NCBI GenBank assembly: GCA_016192845.1
Contig: JACPTI010000015.1
Coordinates: forward strand, 17,022 to 81,021
Direction: 5' to 3'
DNA length: 64,000 nucleotides
Source: Acidobacteriota bacterium
Lineage (GTDB): Bacteria > Acidobacteriota > Vicinamibacteria > Vicinamibacterales > UBA2999
The translations under genes were made by a program, and so were the position numbers. Under the pieces are notes generated by a model. That model was not told the origin of the DNA and searched no databases. It saw nothing but the letters and a program-made list of their open reading frames with translations. Position 1 is the first letter of the stretch, and every line of letters begins with the position of its first letter. Below are positions 1-12,004 of this stretch, one piece after another.

Positions 1-239
1 AGCCGGTACTGCCGCTCCGTCAGGTGCTGGATCGTCGGCAGCAGACGGGCGACGTCGCGCTCCTGCTGCCGGCGGACGACGGCCGCCGGGTGCTCGCGCG
101 CGACGGCGAGATACGCGCAGTCGTTCGGACAGCGGATCTCGACCAGACGCTTCGTTCCACAGCAGACCGTGCAGATGGTTCGGCCGAGCGCGGGACACTC
201 GCGGCGTCCCTTCCGCCGGCCGCAACTGGCGCAGAGCAT
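1..239 (-). CDS. Cysteine-rich hypothetical protein, N-terminal part (gene runs off the window start)
   Basis: Hand translation from ATG at 239 gives MLCASCGRRKGRRECPALGRTICTVCCGTKRLVEIRCPNDCAYLAVAREHPAAVVRRQQERDVARLLPTIQHLTERQYR, open to position 1. It is absent from the ORF track because no stop lies in the window. The CxxC/CC/CPxxC spacing suggests metal binding. Confidence 0.5.
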   Translation of the reverse strand, partial: MLCASCGRRKGRRECPALGRTICTVCCGTKRLVEIRCPNDCAYLAVAREHPAAVVRRQQERDVARLLPTIQHLTERQYR

Positions 240-259
240 CCCTCAGCTTCGCACATACT

Positions 260-285
260 CCGGCGGGTCCGAAAGGACCCGCCGG
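260..285. other. Perfect 11-bp stem-loop with GAAA tetraloop (CCGGCGGGTCC-GAAA-GGACCCGCCGG)
   Basis: Read directly from the sequence. It lies 20 nt upstream of the minus-strand ATG at 239, in a divergent intergenic region. Confidence 0.5.
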
Positions 286-329
286 CGGTGTGCAGGGCCG
301 GATCCTGTCGGACCCTTGGCGCACCTTGA

Positions 330-358
330 TTGTGAGAACGGGCGAAGGTCCGTATAAT
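330..358 (+). promoter_or_regulatory. Candidate sigma70-type promoter: TTGTGA, 17 nt spacer, TATAAT
   Basis: TTGTGA at 330-335 and TATAAT at 353-358. This would give a leader of about 110 nt for the CDS at 476. Confidence 0.45.
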
Positions 359-428
359 CCGGCCAAATCCCTGCAGTTTCTGCGGAATAGGCTTTGCACG
401 GTCCGCAGGGTGTCCTGTGGCCGAGGAA

Positions 429-460
429 GTCCCCAACGCGCGGTTTGTGCGCGTTGGGGC
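429..460 (+). repeat. REP-A palindromic element (GTCCCCAACGCGCGG-TTTGT-GCGCGTTGGGGC)
   Basis: Arms CCCCAACGCGC (431-441) and GCGCGTTGGGG (449-459). The same element recurs at 14013, 26097, 30979 and 59060-59265. Confidence 0.85.
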
Positions 461-475
461 GGGATGCGGAGGACT

Positions 476-1063
476 ATGGCCGAAGCGCTTGTCCGCAACG
501 AATCGCCAGTCGAATATTTTCGTGAGCTCGTTGAATCGGCCTTGAAGCGGCAGCACCTTGCCGCGCGGGAACTGACCTCGTTCTATCTGGTGAATCTGCT
601 CGCGGGGTTCGTCCACTTCGATCGATCGGCCACCGTGGCCGAAGACGAAGCGCTCGGCATCCGATTCGTCAGAGCGCTGCAGTCGGCGGGTGTGCGCCAG
701 CGCGACGAACTGCGTCAGGTGGGCGATTTCTCCCTGTTCATCTCCGGGTTCTTCGCCGACAGCCTGGTGCGCAGCCTCGTCGACATCGACTACTACATCT
801 ACCTCGGTGAGTACGCCTATGGATCGCTCGCGCGCCAGGGCGATGAAACCTTCGGCGACGTCTTCGATGAACTCGCGGGCAACTTCGCTGCATTCGTCGA
901 CGTTCTAGGCGAGGTCAGTGAGCGCAGCGCGCTTTCCTCGAACGCGGACCTGCTCCGACTCTACGAACGGTGGCTCCGGACCCGCAGCCGCCGCAGTGGC
1001 GAGCTGCTTGCGGCGCGGGGCATCGTGCCCAACGCCTCCGTCGGAAATCGATTCATCCAGTAA
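476..1063 (+). CDS. Hypothetical protein (195 aa)
   Basis: ORF 290-1063. The in-frame ATG at 476 is preceded by GGAGGA. MAEALVRNESPVEYFRELVESALKRQ... has coding-like composition. I recognise no family. Confidence 0.7.
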   Translation: MAEALVRNESPVEYFRELVESALKRQHLAARELTSFYLVNLLAGFVHFDRSATVAEDEALGIRFVRALQSAGVRQRDELRQVGDFSLFISGFFADSLVRSLVDIDYYIYLGEYAYGSLARQGDETFGDVFDELAGNFAAFVDVLGEVSERSALSSNADLLRLYERWLRTRSRRSGELLAARGIVPNASVGNRFIQ

Positions 1064-1164
1064 ACCAGCCAAGGGCTTCGCCCTTGATATCCCGTACTCG
1101 TGAGGGAGAAGATGCAAGCCCTGGCTGGTTGGCCAGTATCTGCTTGGCGCGCTTCGCGCGCCTA

Positions 1165-1226
1165 GGACCGCTATACGGCTTGTCACGGCGGGTACAAAAT
1201 TCTCGCGTGGAGCCGTATAGCGGTCC
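1165..1226. repeat. 15-bp perfect inverted repeat GGACCGCTATACGGC / GCCGTATAGCGGTCC with 32-nt spacer
   Basis: Arms at 1165-1179 and 1212-1226, read directly. It lies inside the 725-bp non-coding gap 1064-1787. Confidence 0.8.
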
Positions 1227-1290
1227 AATCGTCCGATAAGCAGGGCAACGCTCCGGAGTCAGCTCCTCGGCTGCTAGAGATGCTCGAAAG

Positions 1291-1305
1291 TAGACAGATT
1301 GTCTA
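1291..1305. promoter_or_regulatory. AT-rich palindrome TAGACA-GAT-TGTCTA (operator-like)
   Basis: Perfect 6+3+6 palindrome. The surrounding 60-nt line hand-counts to 43% G+C. Confidence 0.4.
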
Positions 1306-1713
1306 TTTATGTTCAATTGGCCACCGGCGTGGCCGCAGGCCGCGGGATATCCGGTGAGGCGGGCGCTTGCATCTCCCGCCTCTACGACGTAACATGTGCA
1401 ACCACTGGCACTTACGTCGACACCGTGGATCCGGAATCAGTAGCGGCTAGCTCATCAGGCCGGTGTCGAGCTGGGGCATTTTCACCACAGGGGAGGGATT
1501 TCCGTCCTCGTTTTGCGACAGGGACGTGCGGCAACCTAAACGGACCGCCGTGCGTCTAATGGCATGAGCGCAGGATGCAGGCGAGGAACGGGGGCGAGGA
1601 GCGATGCCCTAAGTGCTGGTGGGTGAGAATTTGCAGCCTGACGTCTGGGATCGATCGCGTCAGGCGCTCTGCTCGGCCCTGTGCTCGGGCGGGCACCAGG
1701 TTCGACGAGGCAT

Positions 1714-1719
1714 TATAAT
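1714..1719 (+). promoter_or_regulatory. TATAAT -10 candidate for dksA
   Basis: TATAAT lies 69 nt upstream of ATG 1788. GAAGGAG Shine-Dalgarno at about 1769-1775. No good -35 element. Confidence 0.35.
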
Positions 1720-1787
1720 TGCATATTGGGCGCACGCATGACGGACCCACCCGTGGAGGGTGGGCGTAAGAAGGAGCGGCAGGCATC

Positions 1788-2237
1788 ATGGCCACGACCA
1801 AACAAGCGAAGGGCTCGGCGCGAACGAGCCGGTACACCGAACTGAAGAAGATGCTTGAGAACCGCCGCCGCGAGCTGATGGACGAGGTGCAGGGCCGGAT
1901 TCGCGATGTGCGCGCCGACGGGAGCAAGGATCGCGAAGTGTTCGACCAGGGCGAGAGTTCCGAGGTCGACATCCAGGACGACATCGAGTTTGCGCTCATT
2001 CAGATGAAGTCGGAGACGCTGAACAAGATCAACGAGGCGCTCCGCCGGCTGGACGAGGAGACCTACGGCAACTGTTTCGAGTGCGGCGAAGAGATTGCCG
2101 AGGCGCGCCTCCGGGCGCTGCCGTTCGCGGTGCGCTGCAAGGACTGCGAGGAGGCGCGCGAGACGGCCGAACAGCGCGAGCGGATGCTCGCACAGAAGCG
2201 GGGTTCGACGCCGCTCTTCTTCGACGTGTCGAGCTGA
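1788..2237 (+). CDS. dksA: DksA/TraR-family C4 zinc-finger transcription factor
   Basis: 149-aa ORF with a coiled-coil N-terminal region followed by CFECGEEI...CKDCEE (CxxC-x17-CxxC). Confidence 0.85.
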   Translation: MATTKQAKGSARTSRYTELKKMLENRRRELMDEVQGRIRDVRADGSKDREVFDQGESSEVDIQDDIEFALIQMKSETLNKINEALRRLDEETYGNCFECGEEIAEARLRALPFAVRCKDCEEARETAEQRERMLAQKRGSTPLFFDVSS

Positions 2238-2283
2238 GTTTCGTTCGGATCGTTCGAGCCGTTCGATTCGCTCGAATCGTTCA
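2238..2283 (+). repeat. Degenerate 9-nt tandem repeat (TCGTTCGGA-type), about 5 units
   Basis: The sequence gtttcgttcggatcgttcgagccgttcgattcgctcgaatcgttca follows the dksA stop directly. It shares the 16-mer TCGTTCGGATCGTTCG with 17635-17678, in the same transcript orientation. Confidence 0.8.
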
Positions 2284-2314
2284 GGGCGGCCCCTCAAAGG
2301 CCGCCCTTTATTTT
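2284..2314 (+). terminator. Rho-independent terminator (GGGCGGCC-CCTCAAA-GGCCGCCC + TTTATTTT)
   Basis: 8-bp GC stem, 7-nt loop and a T-rich tail. It ends 12 nt before the lon ATG. Confidence 0.8.
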
Positions 2315-2325
2315 GCGGGCAACCA

Positions 2326-4767
<2,442 letters not shown>

Positions 4768-4769
4768 GA

Positions 4770-4791
4770 CGCGGCGGCTGAAGCCGCCGCG
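4770..4791. repeat. REP-B-like hairpin (CGCGGCGGC-TGAA-GCCGCCGCG)
   Basis: Lies just after the lon stop and carries the GCTGAAGC core seen in the REP-B copies. Confidence 0.6.
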
Positions 4792-4840
4792 CGACAGGTC
4801 CCGGGCGCTGCAGAACCCGAGCGCCCGAAGAGCGCACGCT

Positions 4841-5389
4841 TCAGCGTGTGCGGTTCTCGATCAAGAGCAGCCCCGCAACCGTTTTCAGGTCGACAATCTC
4901 GCCCGACGTGATCATGGCGCGGATCGCGTCGGGCGGGAACGCCCTGGCTTCGATATCCTCGTCTTCATCCTGATGCGCCGCGGGATCATCGTCGGTCGGA
5001 GGCCGCAGGCCGGTAGCCCGATAGAAGTGCATCTCCTCATCGCAGTAGCCCGGCGTCGGGAAGAAGGCTCCCAGATGCGCAACGGCCGCCGGAATCAGCC
5101 CTGTCTCCTCGTGGCATTCCCGGATCGCCGCCCGGTCCGGCGCCTCGCCGTGTTTGAGGCTGCCCGCGGGCAGCTCCCACGATGACCGGCCGATTGCCGG
5201 CCGATACTGCCGAACGAGCACGATCTCGCCGCGGTCGGTCACCGGGATGAGCACGACGGAGCCAGGGTGCCGGATGATCTCCGCCTCAAGCCGGCCGCCG
5301 CGCGGCAGCGGGATCGACTCGACGGTCACGCTGAAGACGCGTCCGTCGAAGACCTTGCGAATCTGGGTAGGGACGATCGGCCTAGTCAT
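4841..5389 (-). CDS. NUDIX hydrolase (ADP-ribose pyrophosphatase-like)
   Basis: 182 aa with the NUDIX box [23 protein letters not shown]. Confidence 0.85.
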   Translation of the reverse strand: MTRPIVPTQIRKVFDGRVFSVTVESIPLPRGGRLEAEIIRHPGSVVLIPVTDRGEIVLVRQYRPAIGRSSWELPAGSLKHGEAPDRAAIRECHEETGLIPAAVAHLGAFFPTPGYCDEEMHFYRATGLRPPTDDDPAAHQDEDEDIEARAFPPDAIRAMITSGEIVDLKTVAGLLLIENRTR

Positions 5390-6347
5390 CTTCGTTCCAT
5401 CCCGGCAGCTCTTCCAGGATCCTCCTGAGATCGTCGGGGAGCGGCGCAGTGAACTCCATCCGCCGGCCGTCGCGGGGGTGCGTGAAGACCAGCCGCTCGG
5501 CGTGCAGGAACGGGCGGTCGAGGCGCTGCAGCGCGCGCAGGTCGCCCGGGACGCGCCGGCGCGCGCCGCCGTACAAGGCGTCGCCGACGATCGGATGTCC
5601 GATCGCGCTGAGGTGCACCCGGATCTGGTGGGTCCGTCCCGTGTGGATCGCCACCTGGCATAGCGTTACGCCGCGCAGGTGGCGGGCGCGCGTGATGCGA
5701 GTGACCGCTTCGCGCGCGCGGCGCGCCCGCGCCGACATCTTCTGCCGGTGCACCGAATCGCGGCCGATCGCCGCGTCGATTCGGCGTCCGGCCTGCACGA
5801 CCCCCCAGACGAGCGCGACGTATTCCTTCTCGACCTCCCGATCGTGAAACTGCCGCGAAAGCTCCTGATGCGCGGCGTCGTTCTTCGCCACGACCATGAC
5901 GCCCGACGTGCCGCGGTCGAGGCGGTGAACGATCCCGGGGCGCAGCTCGCCGCCGATCCCGCTGAGGTCCGGCATGTGGTGCAGCAGTGCGTTGACGAGC
6001 GTGCCCGACGCATGGCCGGCGCCGGGGTGCACCACCATGCCGGCCGGCTTGTTGACCACCGCCAGATCGGCGTCCTGGTACAGGACGTCGAGCGGGAGCG
6101 GTTCCGGCGCGACTCCGGTCGGCTCCACGGCGGGCAGGTCGATCGTGATGCGGTCGCCCTCGCGAACCGGGAGGTTCGCTCTGGCGGCCGCGGGCGGCCC
6201 GGCGGGGCCGCCGCGCCATACGCGGACGCGGCCGTCCTCGATCAGGTGCTGAATCTGCGACCGGGAGCGCCCTTCGACGACCGAGACGAGAAAGCGATCG
6301 AGCCGCTGGCCGTCGAAGTCCGACGGCACGGTGAACTCGCTCTCCAC
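5382..6347 (-). CDS. rluD: RluA/RluD-family 23S rRNA pseudouridine synthase
   Basis: Lies within ORF 5382-6815. A GTG at 6347 sits right after the lgt stop. S4-like N-terminus, HRLDRGTSG catalytic motif. The longer ORF overlaps lgt out of frame. Confidence 0.85.
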   Translation of the reverse strand: MESEFTVPSDFDGQRLDRFLVSVVEGRSRSQIQHLIEDGRVRVWRGGPAGPPAAARANLPVREGDRITIDLPAVEPTGVAPEPLPLDVLYQDADLAVVNKPAGMVVHPGAGHASGTLVNALLHHMPDLSGIGGELRPGIVHRLDRGTSGVMVVAKNDAAHQELSRQFHDREVEKEYVALVWGVVQAGRRIDAAIGRDSVHRQKMSARARRAREAVTRITRARHLRGVTLCQVAIHTGRTHQIRVHLSAIGHPIVGDALYGGARRRVPGDLRALQRLDRPFLHAERLVFTHPRDGRRMEFTAPLPDDLRRILEELPGWNEDD

Positions 6348-6349
6348 AG

Positions 6350-7156
6350 CTACGCCGCGAGCGAGCGGCGCGCCTCCTGCGGTGTCTCCGGCGAGCTTCT
6401 CGCGAGCCACACCAGCATGACGATGCTCAGCGGCGCGAGCACGAGCGAGATGAACTGCGAGGTCGAAAAGCCGAGAATCTCGCCGCGCGGGTCGCCGCGG
6501 TACATCTCGATGATGTAGCGCGAGACGGCGTACAGGAACATGTAACCCCAGAACGTACGGCCGGCGAACGGCCGCCCGCGGTGCTCGGTCGCGAGCAGGA
6601 CGCCCAGAATGAGCAGCTCGGCGCCCGCCTCGTAGATCTGCGTGGGATGCAGCGGGATGCCGAGCGGCGTCCCGACGTTGGCGGCCGCGAGCGGATTGGT
6701 GAACGTGATGGCCCACGGCACGTCCGTGGGCCGGCCGTAGCAGCAGCCCGCCGCCAGGCACCCGAGCCGTCCGGTGACGTGCCCGAGCGCGATCGCCGGC
6801 GCGAACACGTCGCACGTGGTCCAGAGCGGCAGCCCGTGCCGCCCCACGTACCAGAACCCCACGAGGACCGACAGAATCAGCCCGCCGTAGAAGACCCCCC
6901 CCGATCGCGCGAGCGACAGCAGATCCGACCAGGACCTGCTGAACTGATCGAAGTCGACGACCAGCAGGAGGAGCTTAGCGCCGATCAGGGCGGCGATGAT
7001 GATGTAGATCCCGAGGTCGAGGATGCGGCTCGAGTCGAGGCCCCACCGCCTGGCGCGGCGCATCGCCAGCCAAAGTCCCAGCAGATACGAGACCGCCAGC
7101 AGCACGCCGTACGAGTAAATCGTGATTGGGCCGATGCTAAACAGTTCTGGATACAC
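6350..7156 (-). CDS. lgt: Prolipoprotein diacylglyceryl transferase
   Basis: 268 aa, polytopic membrane protein. MYPELFSIGPITIYSYG N-terminus and the HPTQIYE motif. Confidence 0.9.
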   Translation of the reverse strand: MYPELFSIGPITIYSYGVLLAVSYLLGLWLAMRRARRWGLDSSRILDLGIYIIIAALIGAKLLLLVVDFDQFSRSWSDLLSLARSGGVFYGGLILSVLVGFWYVGRHGLPLWTTCDVFAPAIALGHVTGRLGCLAAGCCYGRPTDVPWAITFTNPLAAANVGTPLGIPLHPTQIYEAGAELLILGVLLATEHRGRPFAGRTFWGYMFLYAVSRYIIEMYRGDPRGEILGFSTSQFISLVLAPLSIVMLVWLARSSPETPQEARRSLAA

Positions 7157-7640
7157 GGCGTCTCCCTATCTCCAGCATATCGAGAATCATGAGCGAGACG
7201 CCCACCGTGATGGCCGCGTCCGCCACATTGAACGCCCAGAAGTGCCACCCGCGCCAGTAGAGATCGACGAAGTCCATGACGTACCCGGTTCCCAGCCGAT
7301 CGATGAGGTTGCCCGCGGCGCCGCCGACGACGAGCGCCAGGCCGGCGCGCGCCAGCCGCTGTTCGGCGGGCAGGCTCGCTCCGTACCACGTGAGCGCCGC
7401 GAGCGCGAGCGCGGCGACCACCGAGAGGAGCACGGTCTTGAACGGGAAGTCGACCGCGTTCATCAGGCCGAACGCCGCTCCGTAATTGTGCACCCGCGTG
7501 AGGCTGAAGAAGAGCGGAATCACCTCTACGCTCTCGTGCAGCTCCAGGCTCGACCGTACGGCGGCCTTGGCCAGCTGATCGAGCGCCACCACGACGCCGG
7601 CGGTCCAGAGCTCGGCGCGCAGTGGTCCTGACAGCCCCAT
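7137..7640 (-). CDS. lspA: Lipoprotein signal peptidase II
   Basis: 167 aa with NYGAAFG and FNVADAAI motifs. Its ATG shares 1 nt with the ileS stop (TGATG). Confidence 0.9.
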   Translation of the reverse strand: MGLSGPLRAELWTAGVVVALDQLAKAAVRSSLELHESVEVIPLFFSLTRVHNYGAAFGLMNAVDFPFKTVLLSVVAALALAALTWYGASLPAEQRLARAGLALVVGGAAGNLIDRLGTGYVMDFVDLYWRGWHFWAFNVADAAITVGVSLMILDMLEIGRRRVSRTV

Positions 7641-10447
7641 CAGCGGTTGACGGGCTCCGCCAGGGCGTCGACGCAGCGGTCGCAGATGCCTTCAGCGGTC
7701 ACCTTCGGCACGATGCGCCAGCAGCGCTCGCACTTCACCCCATCGGCCTTGCGCACGCGCGGGGCGCTCGGCGCGAGGACCGGCACTCCACCCTCGCCTG
7801 CAAACCCCGCACTGGAGCGAGGCGGCGCTATGTGCACCTCGGAGACGCCAAACAGCGTCGGCAGAAAATCTTCGTACTGCCTCAACAGGGCGCCCGAACC
7901 GTCCTCGACCTCGAGCTCGACAACTGCCGACAGATTCGAGGTGATGGTTTTCGCCTGCCTCGCATTTTCGAGCTCCACGTTCACCGCGTCTCTCAGCGAT
8001 CGAAGCTCCTCCCAGCGGCGCAGCAGCGGCTCGTCGTGCCACCGCTCCACGTCCGACGGAAACAGCGCGAGGTGAACCGACGGCTCCCGCTGTCCGGGCA
8101 GATTGCGCCAAATCTCGTCCATGGTGAACGGCAGGATGGGAGCGAGCAGCCGCGCGAGGCCATCGACCATCAGGAACATGGCCGTCTGCCCGGAGCGGCG
8201 CGCTTCCGACTTCGCGCCGAACGTGTACATGCGGTCTTTCGTGATGTCCACGTGAAAGGCACTGAGATCGACGGTAATGAATGCGTTCAGAGCCTGGTAG
8301 ATCGCAGGGTAGTCGTACTCGTCGTACGCCTTGACCGTCCTGGCGACAACGGCCGCATACCGCGCCATCGCCCAGCGATCGATCTCCAGCATGCGCCCCT
8401 TGGAAACGGTATCTCTCTCCGGATCGAAGTCGAACAGGTTCGCCAGCAGCACGCGAAGGACGTTTCGGAACTTGCGGTACGCTTCGATGACCCGCTTCAG
8501 AATCTCGGGACCGAGGCGCACCTCCTCGCCGTAGTCGACCATCGCGACCCAGAGACGCAGGATTTCGGCGCCGCTTTCTTTGATGACGTCCTGGGGCGCC
8601 ACGGTGTTGCCGAGCGACTTCGACATCTTGCGGCCCTGCTCGTCGACGACGAAGCCGTGCGTGAGCACCTGCCGGAACGGAGCCGCCCCGCGGGTGCCGA
8701 GGCCAATCAGGAGCGAGCTGTGGAACCACCCGCGGTGTTGGTCGCTCCCTTCCAGATACATGTCCGCAGGCCATGTGAGCTCCGCGTAAGCCGGAAGGAC
8801 CGCTTCATGACTCGATCCGGAATCGAACCACACGTCGAGGATGTTGTTCTCCCGCTCGAACGTCGTGGTGCCGCAGGTGGAGCAGGTCAGCCCCTCGGGA
8901 ACGAACTCCGCGAGGGGCCGCTCGTACCACGCGTCGGCGCCGTGCTGCGCGAACACCCGCGCGGCGCGTTCGACGAGCGACGTCGTCAGCACCGGCGTCT
9001 GGCACGCCGTGCACGTCAGGGCGGGAATCGGCACGCCCCACGACCGCTGCCGCGAGATACACCAGTCGGGCCTGGCCGCAATCATGTTGTAGATGCGATC
9101 ACGGCCCCAGGATGGAATCCAGCGCACCTGATCGATGGCGGCAAGCGCCTGCTGACGCAGGCCCGCCGCCTCCATCGAGATGAACCACTGGGAGGTAGCC
9201 AGAAAGATCACCGGGTTGCGGCAGCGCCAGCAGTGCGGGTACGAGTGCTCGACGTTTTCGCGATGCCACAGGCGGCCGCGCTCCTGGAGCGCCGCCTCAA
9301 TCTTCGGGTTGGCATCGAACACCCGCTGGCCACCGAACTGCTCCACGGTGTCGTGGAACCGGCCGCCCGCGTCGACCGGCGCGTAGATGTCGAGTCCGTA
9401 CTTCACGCCGGTGTGGAAGTCGTCGCTGCCGTGCCCCGGCGCGGTGTGCACGACGCCCGTGCCCTGCTCGAGCGTCACATAGTCGCCGAGCACCCCCACC
9501 GACTCACGCCGATAGAGCGGATGCCTGAACACGAGCCGCTCCATCACGGCGCCGGGGAACTGCGCCACGGGAGGCCCGAACGGGCGCCCGATCGCCTGGC
9601 TGACCCGCTGGGCCAGCGCCTCCGCCACGATGACGTGGGTGTCGCCGGACGGATAGGCGGCGTAGGTGAACTCGGGGTGGAACGCCAGCGCGAGGTTCGA
9701 CGGAATCGTCCAGGGCGTCGTCGTCCAGATCAGCGCTGAGACCCGGAGTCCGGCGAGCGCCGGCACACGCGCGGCGAGTTCACCGGCGTGCTCTGCTGCG
9801 ACCGGAAACTCGACATAGATCGACGGCGAGGTATGCGGCTCGTAGTCGACCTCGGCCTCGGCCAGCGCCGTGCGGCAGTGAATACACCAATGCACCGGCT
9901 TCTTGCCCTTGTACACCATGCCCTGTTCGACGAACTTCCCGAGCCCACGCACGATCGCCGCCTGGTACGCGTAGTTCATCGTCAGGTACGGCGCCGACCA
10001 GAGCCCCACGACGCCGAGCCGCTCGAACTCGTCGCGCTGGATGGCGACGTATTTCTCCGCATAGCGGCGGCACGCGCGGCGGAAGTCCGCCACGCGCATC
10101 TCGCGCTTCTTCGGCCCGAGCTCGCGATCGACCTTCAGCTCGATCGGCAGTCCGTGACAGTCCCATCCCGGCACGTACGGCGCGTCGAAGCCGGCCATCG
10201 TGCGCGAACGAACGACGAAGTCCTTGAGCACCTTGTTGAGTGCGTGGCCGATGTGGATGTGCCCGTTGGCGTACGGCGGTCCGTCGTGCAGGACGAACTT
10301 CGGACGCCCTGCACGGTTCTTGCGGATCTGCCCGTACAGATCCATTTCGCGCCAGCGTGCGAGCGCCTCCGGCTCGGCCGTTTGCAGGTTTGCCTTCATC
10401 GGAAAACCTGTACGCGGCAGGTTGACCGTGTCTTTCCACTCGGGCAT
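7640..10447 (-). CDS. ileS: Isoleucyl-tRNA synthetase
   Basis: 935 aa. HIGH motif ([11 protein letters not shown]), KMSKS motif, and C-terminal CxxC zinc-finger pairs. Confidence 0.95.
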   Translation of the reverse strand: MPEWKDTVNLPRTGFPMKANLQTAEPEALARWREMDLYGQIRKNRAGRPKFVLHDGPPYANGHIHIGHALNKVLKDFVVRSRTMAGFDAPYVPGWDCHGLPIELKVDRELGPKKREMRVADFRRACRRYAEKYVAIQRDEFERLGVVGLWSAPYLTMNYAYQAAIVRGLGKFVEQGMVYKGKKPVHWCIHCRTALAEAEVDYEPHTSPSIYVEFPVAAEHAGELAARVPALAGLRVSALIWTTTPWTIPSNLALAFHPEFTYAAYPSGDTHVIVAEALAQRVSQAIGRPFGPPVAQFPGAVMERLVFRHPLYRRESVGVLGDYVTLEQGTGVVHTAPGHGSDDFHTGVKYGLDIYAPVDAGGRFHDTVEQFGGQRVFDANPKIEAALQERGRLWHRENVEHSYPHCWRCRNPVIFLATSQWFISMEAAGLRQQALAAIDQVRWIPSWGRDRIYNMIAARPDWCISRQRSWGVPIPALTCTACQTPVLTTSLVERAARVFAQHGADAWYERPLAEFVPEGLTCSTCGTTTFERENNILDVWFDSGSSHEAVLPAYAELTWPADMYLEGSDQHRGWFHSSLLIGLGTRGAAPFRQVLTHGFVVDEQGRKMSKSLGNTVAPQDVIKESGAEILRLWVAMVDYGEEVRLGPEILKRVIEAYRKFRNVLRVLLANLFDFDPERDTVSKGRMLEIDRWAMARYAAVVARTVKAYDEYDYPAIYQALNAFITVDLSAFHVDITKDRMYTFGAKSEARRSGQTAMFLMVDGLARLLAPILPFTMDEIWRNLPGQREPSVHLALFPSDVERWHDEPLLRRWEELRSLRDAVNVELENARQAKTITSNLSAVVELEVEDGSGALLRQYEDFLPTLFGVSEVHIAPPRSSAGFAGEGGVPVLAPSAPRVRKADGVKCERCWRIVPKVTAEGICDRCVDALAEPVNR

Positions 10448-10469
10448 ATGAAAGTACGCAGTAAACAGC

Positions 10470-10525
10470 GGGCAGTAGGCAGTAAGAACGCCATCCCTGT
10501 GAACTGCCTACCGCCTACTGCCTAC
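10470..10525. repeat. Imperfect hairpin built from CTGCCTAC/GGCAGTAG simple repeats
   Basis: GGCAGTAGGCAGT (10471-10483) faces ACTGCCTACCGCCTACTGCC (10503-10522). It lies in the predicted ileS leader. Confidence 0.6.
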
Positions 10526-10533
10526 AGCTAAAT

Positions 10534-10541
10534 TCTATAAT
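10534..10541. promoter_or_regulatory. Overlapping face-to-face -10 boxes: TATAAT (+, 10536-10541) and TATAGA (-, 10539-10534)
   Basis: The plus-strand box ends 6 nt before ATG 10548, a leaderless geometry. The minus-strand box would drive the ileS leader. Confidence 0.45.
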
Positions 10542-10547
10542 GCAGAG

Positions 10548-11945
10548 ATGGCCACGCTCGAACGGTCTGCCACGGTCGACGTCAACGTCTCCGAAGAAGT
10601 CCTCGACAACGGCCTTCGGGTCCTCATCCAGGAAATGCACACGGCGCCGCTGGCGTCGGTCTGGTGCTGGTACCGCGTCGGCTCGAAGGACGAGCCGACG
10701 GGTCAGACCGGCGTGTCGCACTGGGTCGAGCACATGAACTTCAAGGGAACGACGAACATCCCGCGCGACAAGGTGAAGGGGATCATCGAGCAGTTCGGCG
10801 GCTACTGGAACGGCTACACGTGGATCGACCAGACGACGTACACGGAGACGGCGATTCGCGACGCGCTCGACCGCATGCTGTTCATCGAGGCCGAGCGGAT
10901 GGCCAACTGCCTGTACAACCCGGCCGACTGCGAGTCGGAGCGCACCGTCATCATCTCGGAGCTCCAGGGCGGGGAAAACGATCCCGACACGCTGCTCGAC
11001 CAGGAGCTCACCGCGATCGCCTTCAAGGCGCACCCGTACCGGCATCCGACGATCGGCTGGCTCTCGGATCTGCAGGCGATGACGCGCGAGGATCTGTACG
11101 CGTACTATCGCCGGTTCTACGTGCCGAACAACGCCACGCTCGTCATCGTCGGCGACGTGGATACGAAGGAGGCGATGCGCGGGGTGGCTCGCCACTTCGG
11201 GGGCATTGCGCCCGGAGAAGTGGTGCGGCGGCCGCACACGCGCGAGCCCGAGCAGCTCGGCGAGCGTCGCGTGACGCTCTCGCGCGAAGCCACCACCGCG
11301 TATCTGAAGCTCGGGTACCACGCCCCGGCCGTCGGCGACCCGGACTTCTTCCCGATGCTGGTGCTCGACGCCGTGCTCACCGGAGCCAAAGGGATCAACC
11401 TCTGGGCGAGCTTCCGCACGCCGCCGCCGCAGCGGAGCGCCAGGCTCTATCGTGCGCTGGTCGATACCGGGCTCGCCTCGTCTGTGATGGGCGGTCTCGT
11501 GCCCACGGCGGAGCCGTTCCTCTACACGATTTCCTGCACGGCCACGGCCGGCACGCCGCTCGCGAAACTCGAGGAGGCGGCGCTCGCCGACCTCGACGCG
11601 GTGCGGCGACACGGGATTACCGCCGCCGAGCGGGACAAAGCCGTGCACCAGCTGCGCGCGCGGCTCGTGTTCGAGAACGACAGCGTGACCAACATCGCGC
11701 ACCAGCTCGGCTATTTCGAGACGATCGCCAGCTGGCGGCTGCTGCCGACGCTGCAGGAGCGAATCGAGTCGGTCACGCTCGACGAGGTCGCCGCAACCGC
11801 CGCCGCGCGGCTGACGGCGCTCAACCGCACCGTCGGCAGGTTCGAGCCGCTGGCCGCCGGCGCCGGCGCGGGCGCCCCGGTCGGGCAGGGCGCGGGGGCT
11901 GGCCCGATCTCAATTGGCCACGGAGGCACAGAGACACAGAGTTGA
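10548..11945 (+). CDS. M16 (pitrilysin/insulinase) family zinc peptidase, catalytic-type subunit
   Basis: 465 aa with the inverted zinc motif HWVEH (HxxEH). No signal peptide. Confidence 0.9.
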   Translation: MATLERSATVDVNVSEEVLDNGLRVLIQEMHTAPLASVWCWYRVGSKDEPTGQTGVSHWVEHMNFKGTTNIPRDKVKGIIEQFGGYWNGYTWIDQTTYTETAIRDALDRMLFIEAERMANCLYNPADCESERTVIISELQGGENDPDTLLDQELTAIAFKAHPYRHPTIGWLSDLQAMTREDLYAYYRRFYVPNNATLVIVGDVDTKEAMRGVARHFGGIAPGEVVRRPHTREPEQLGERRVTLSREATTAYLKLGYHAPAVGDPDFFPMLVLDAVLTGAKGINLWASFRTPPPQRSARLYRALVDTGLASSVMGGLVPTAEPFLYTISCTATAGTPLAKLEEAALADLDAVRRHGITAAERDKAVHQLRARLVFENDSVTNIAHQLGYFETIASWRLLPTLQERIESVTLDEVAATAAARLTALNRTVGRFEPLAAGAGAGAPVGQGAGAGPISIGHGGTETQS

Positions 11946-11973
11946 ATCATGGAAAGCAGTCCTCTGTGTCTCT
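11930..11973 (+). other. 12-bp hairpin AGAGACACAGAG / CTCTGTGTCTCT spanning the stop of the first M16 gene
   Basis: Arms at 11930-11941 and 11962-11973, with a 20-nt loop. Lies between the two M16 genes. Confidence 0.6.
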
Positions 11974-12004
11974 CCGTCTCTTTGGCCCGCATGAGCGAAC
12001 ATCG

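Noticed and set aside
1064-1787. tmRNA, RNase P RNA, 6S or SRP RNA in the large gap
   Set aside because: I looked for a tRNA-like 3' end (GGTTCGA...CCA), an ANDxxALAA-type tag reading frame, the GAGGAAAGTCC RNase P motif and the SRP domain IV motif, and found none. An unclassified sRNA remains possible and is reported as a finding.
2095-2325. N-terminal extension of Lon
   Set aside because: The extension overlaps the dksA coding region and a canonical terminator, and it is Arg/Ser-rich junk. The ATG at 2326 gives a normal Lon N-terminus.
7622-9739. 705-aa plus-strand ORF
   Set aside because: It is antisense to ileS, Arg/Ala/Pro-rich and low in complexity, with no recognisable motif. This is a typical GC-driven shadow ORF. 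The same reasoning applies to 2308-3747, 3772-4662, 10515-11702, 11711-13240, 27912-29363, 31454-33040, 34226-35926, 35604-37391, 61810-63528 and similar ORFs.
10448-10547. T-box leader for ileS
   Set aside because: The leader is only about 80-100 nt and consists of a simple-repeat hairpin. It has no specifier loop or T-box consensus sequence.
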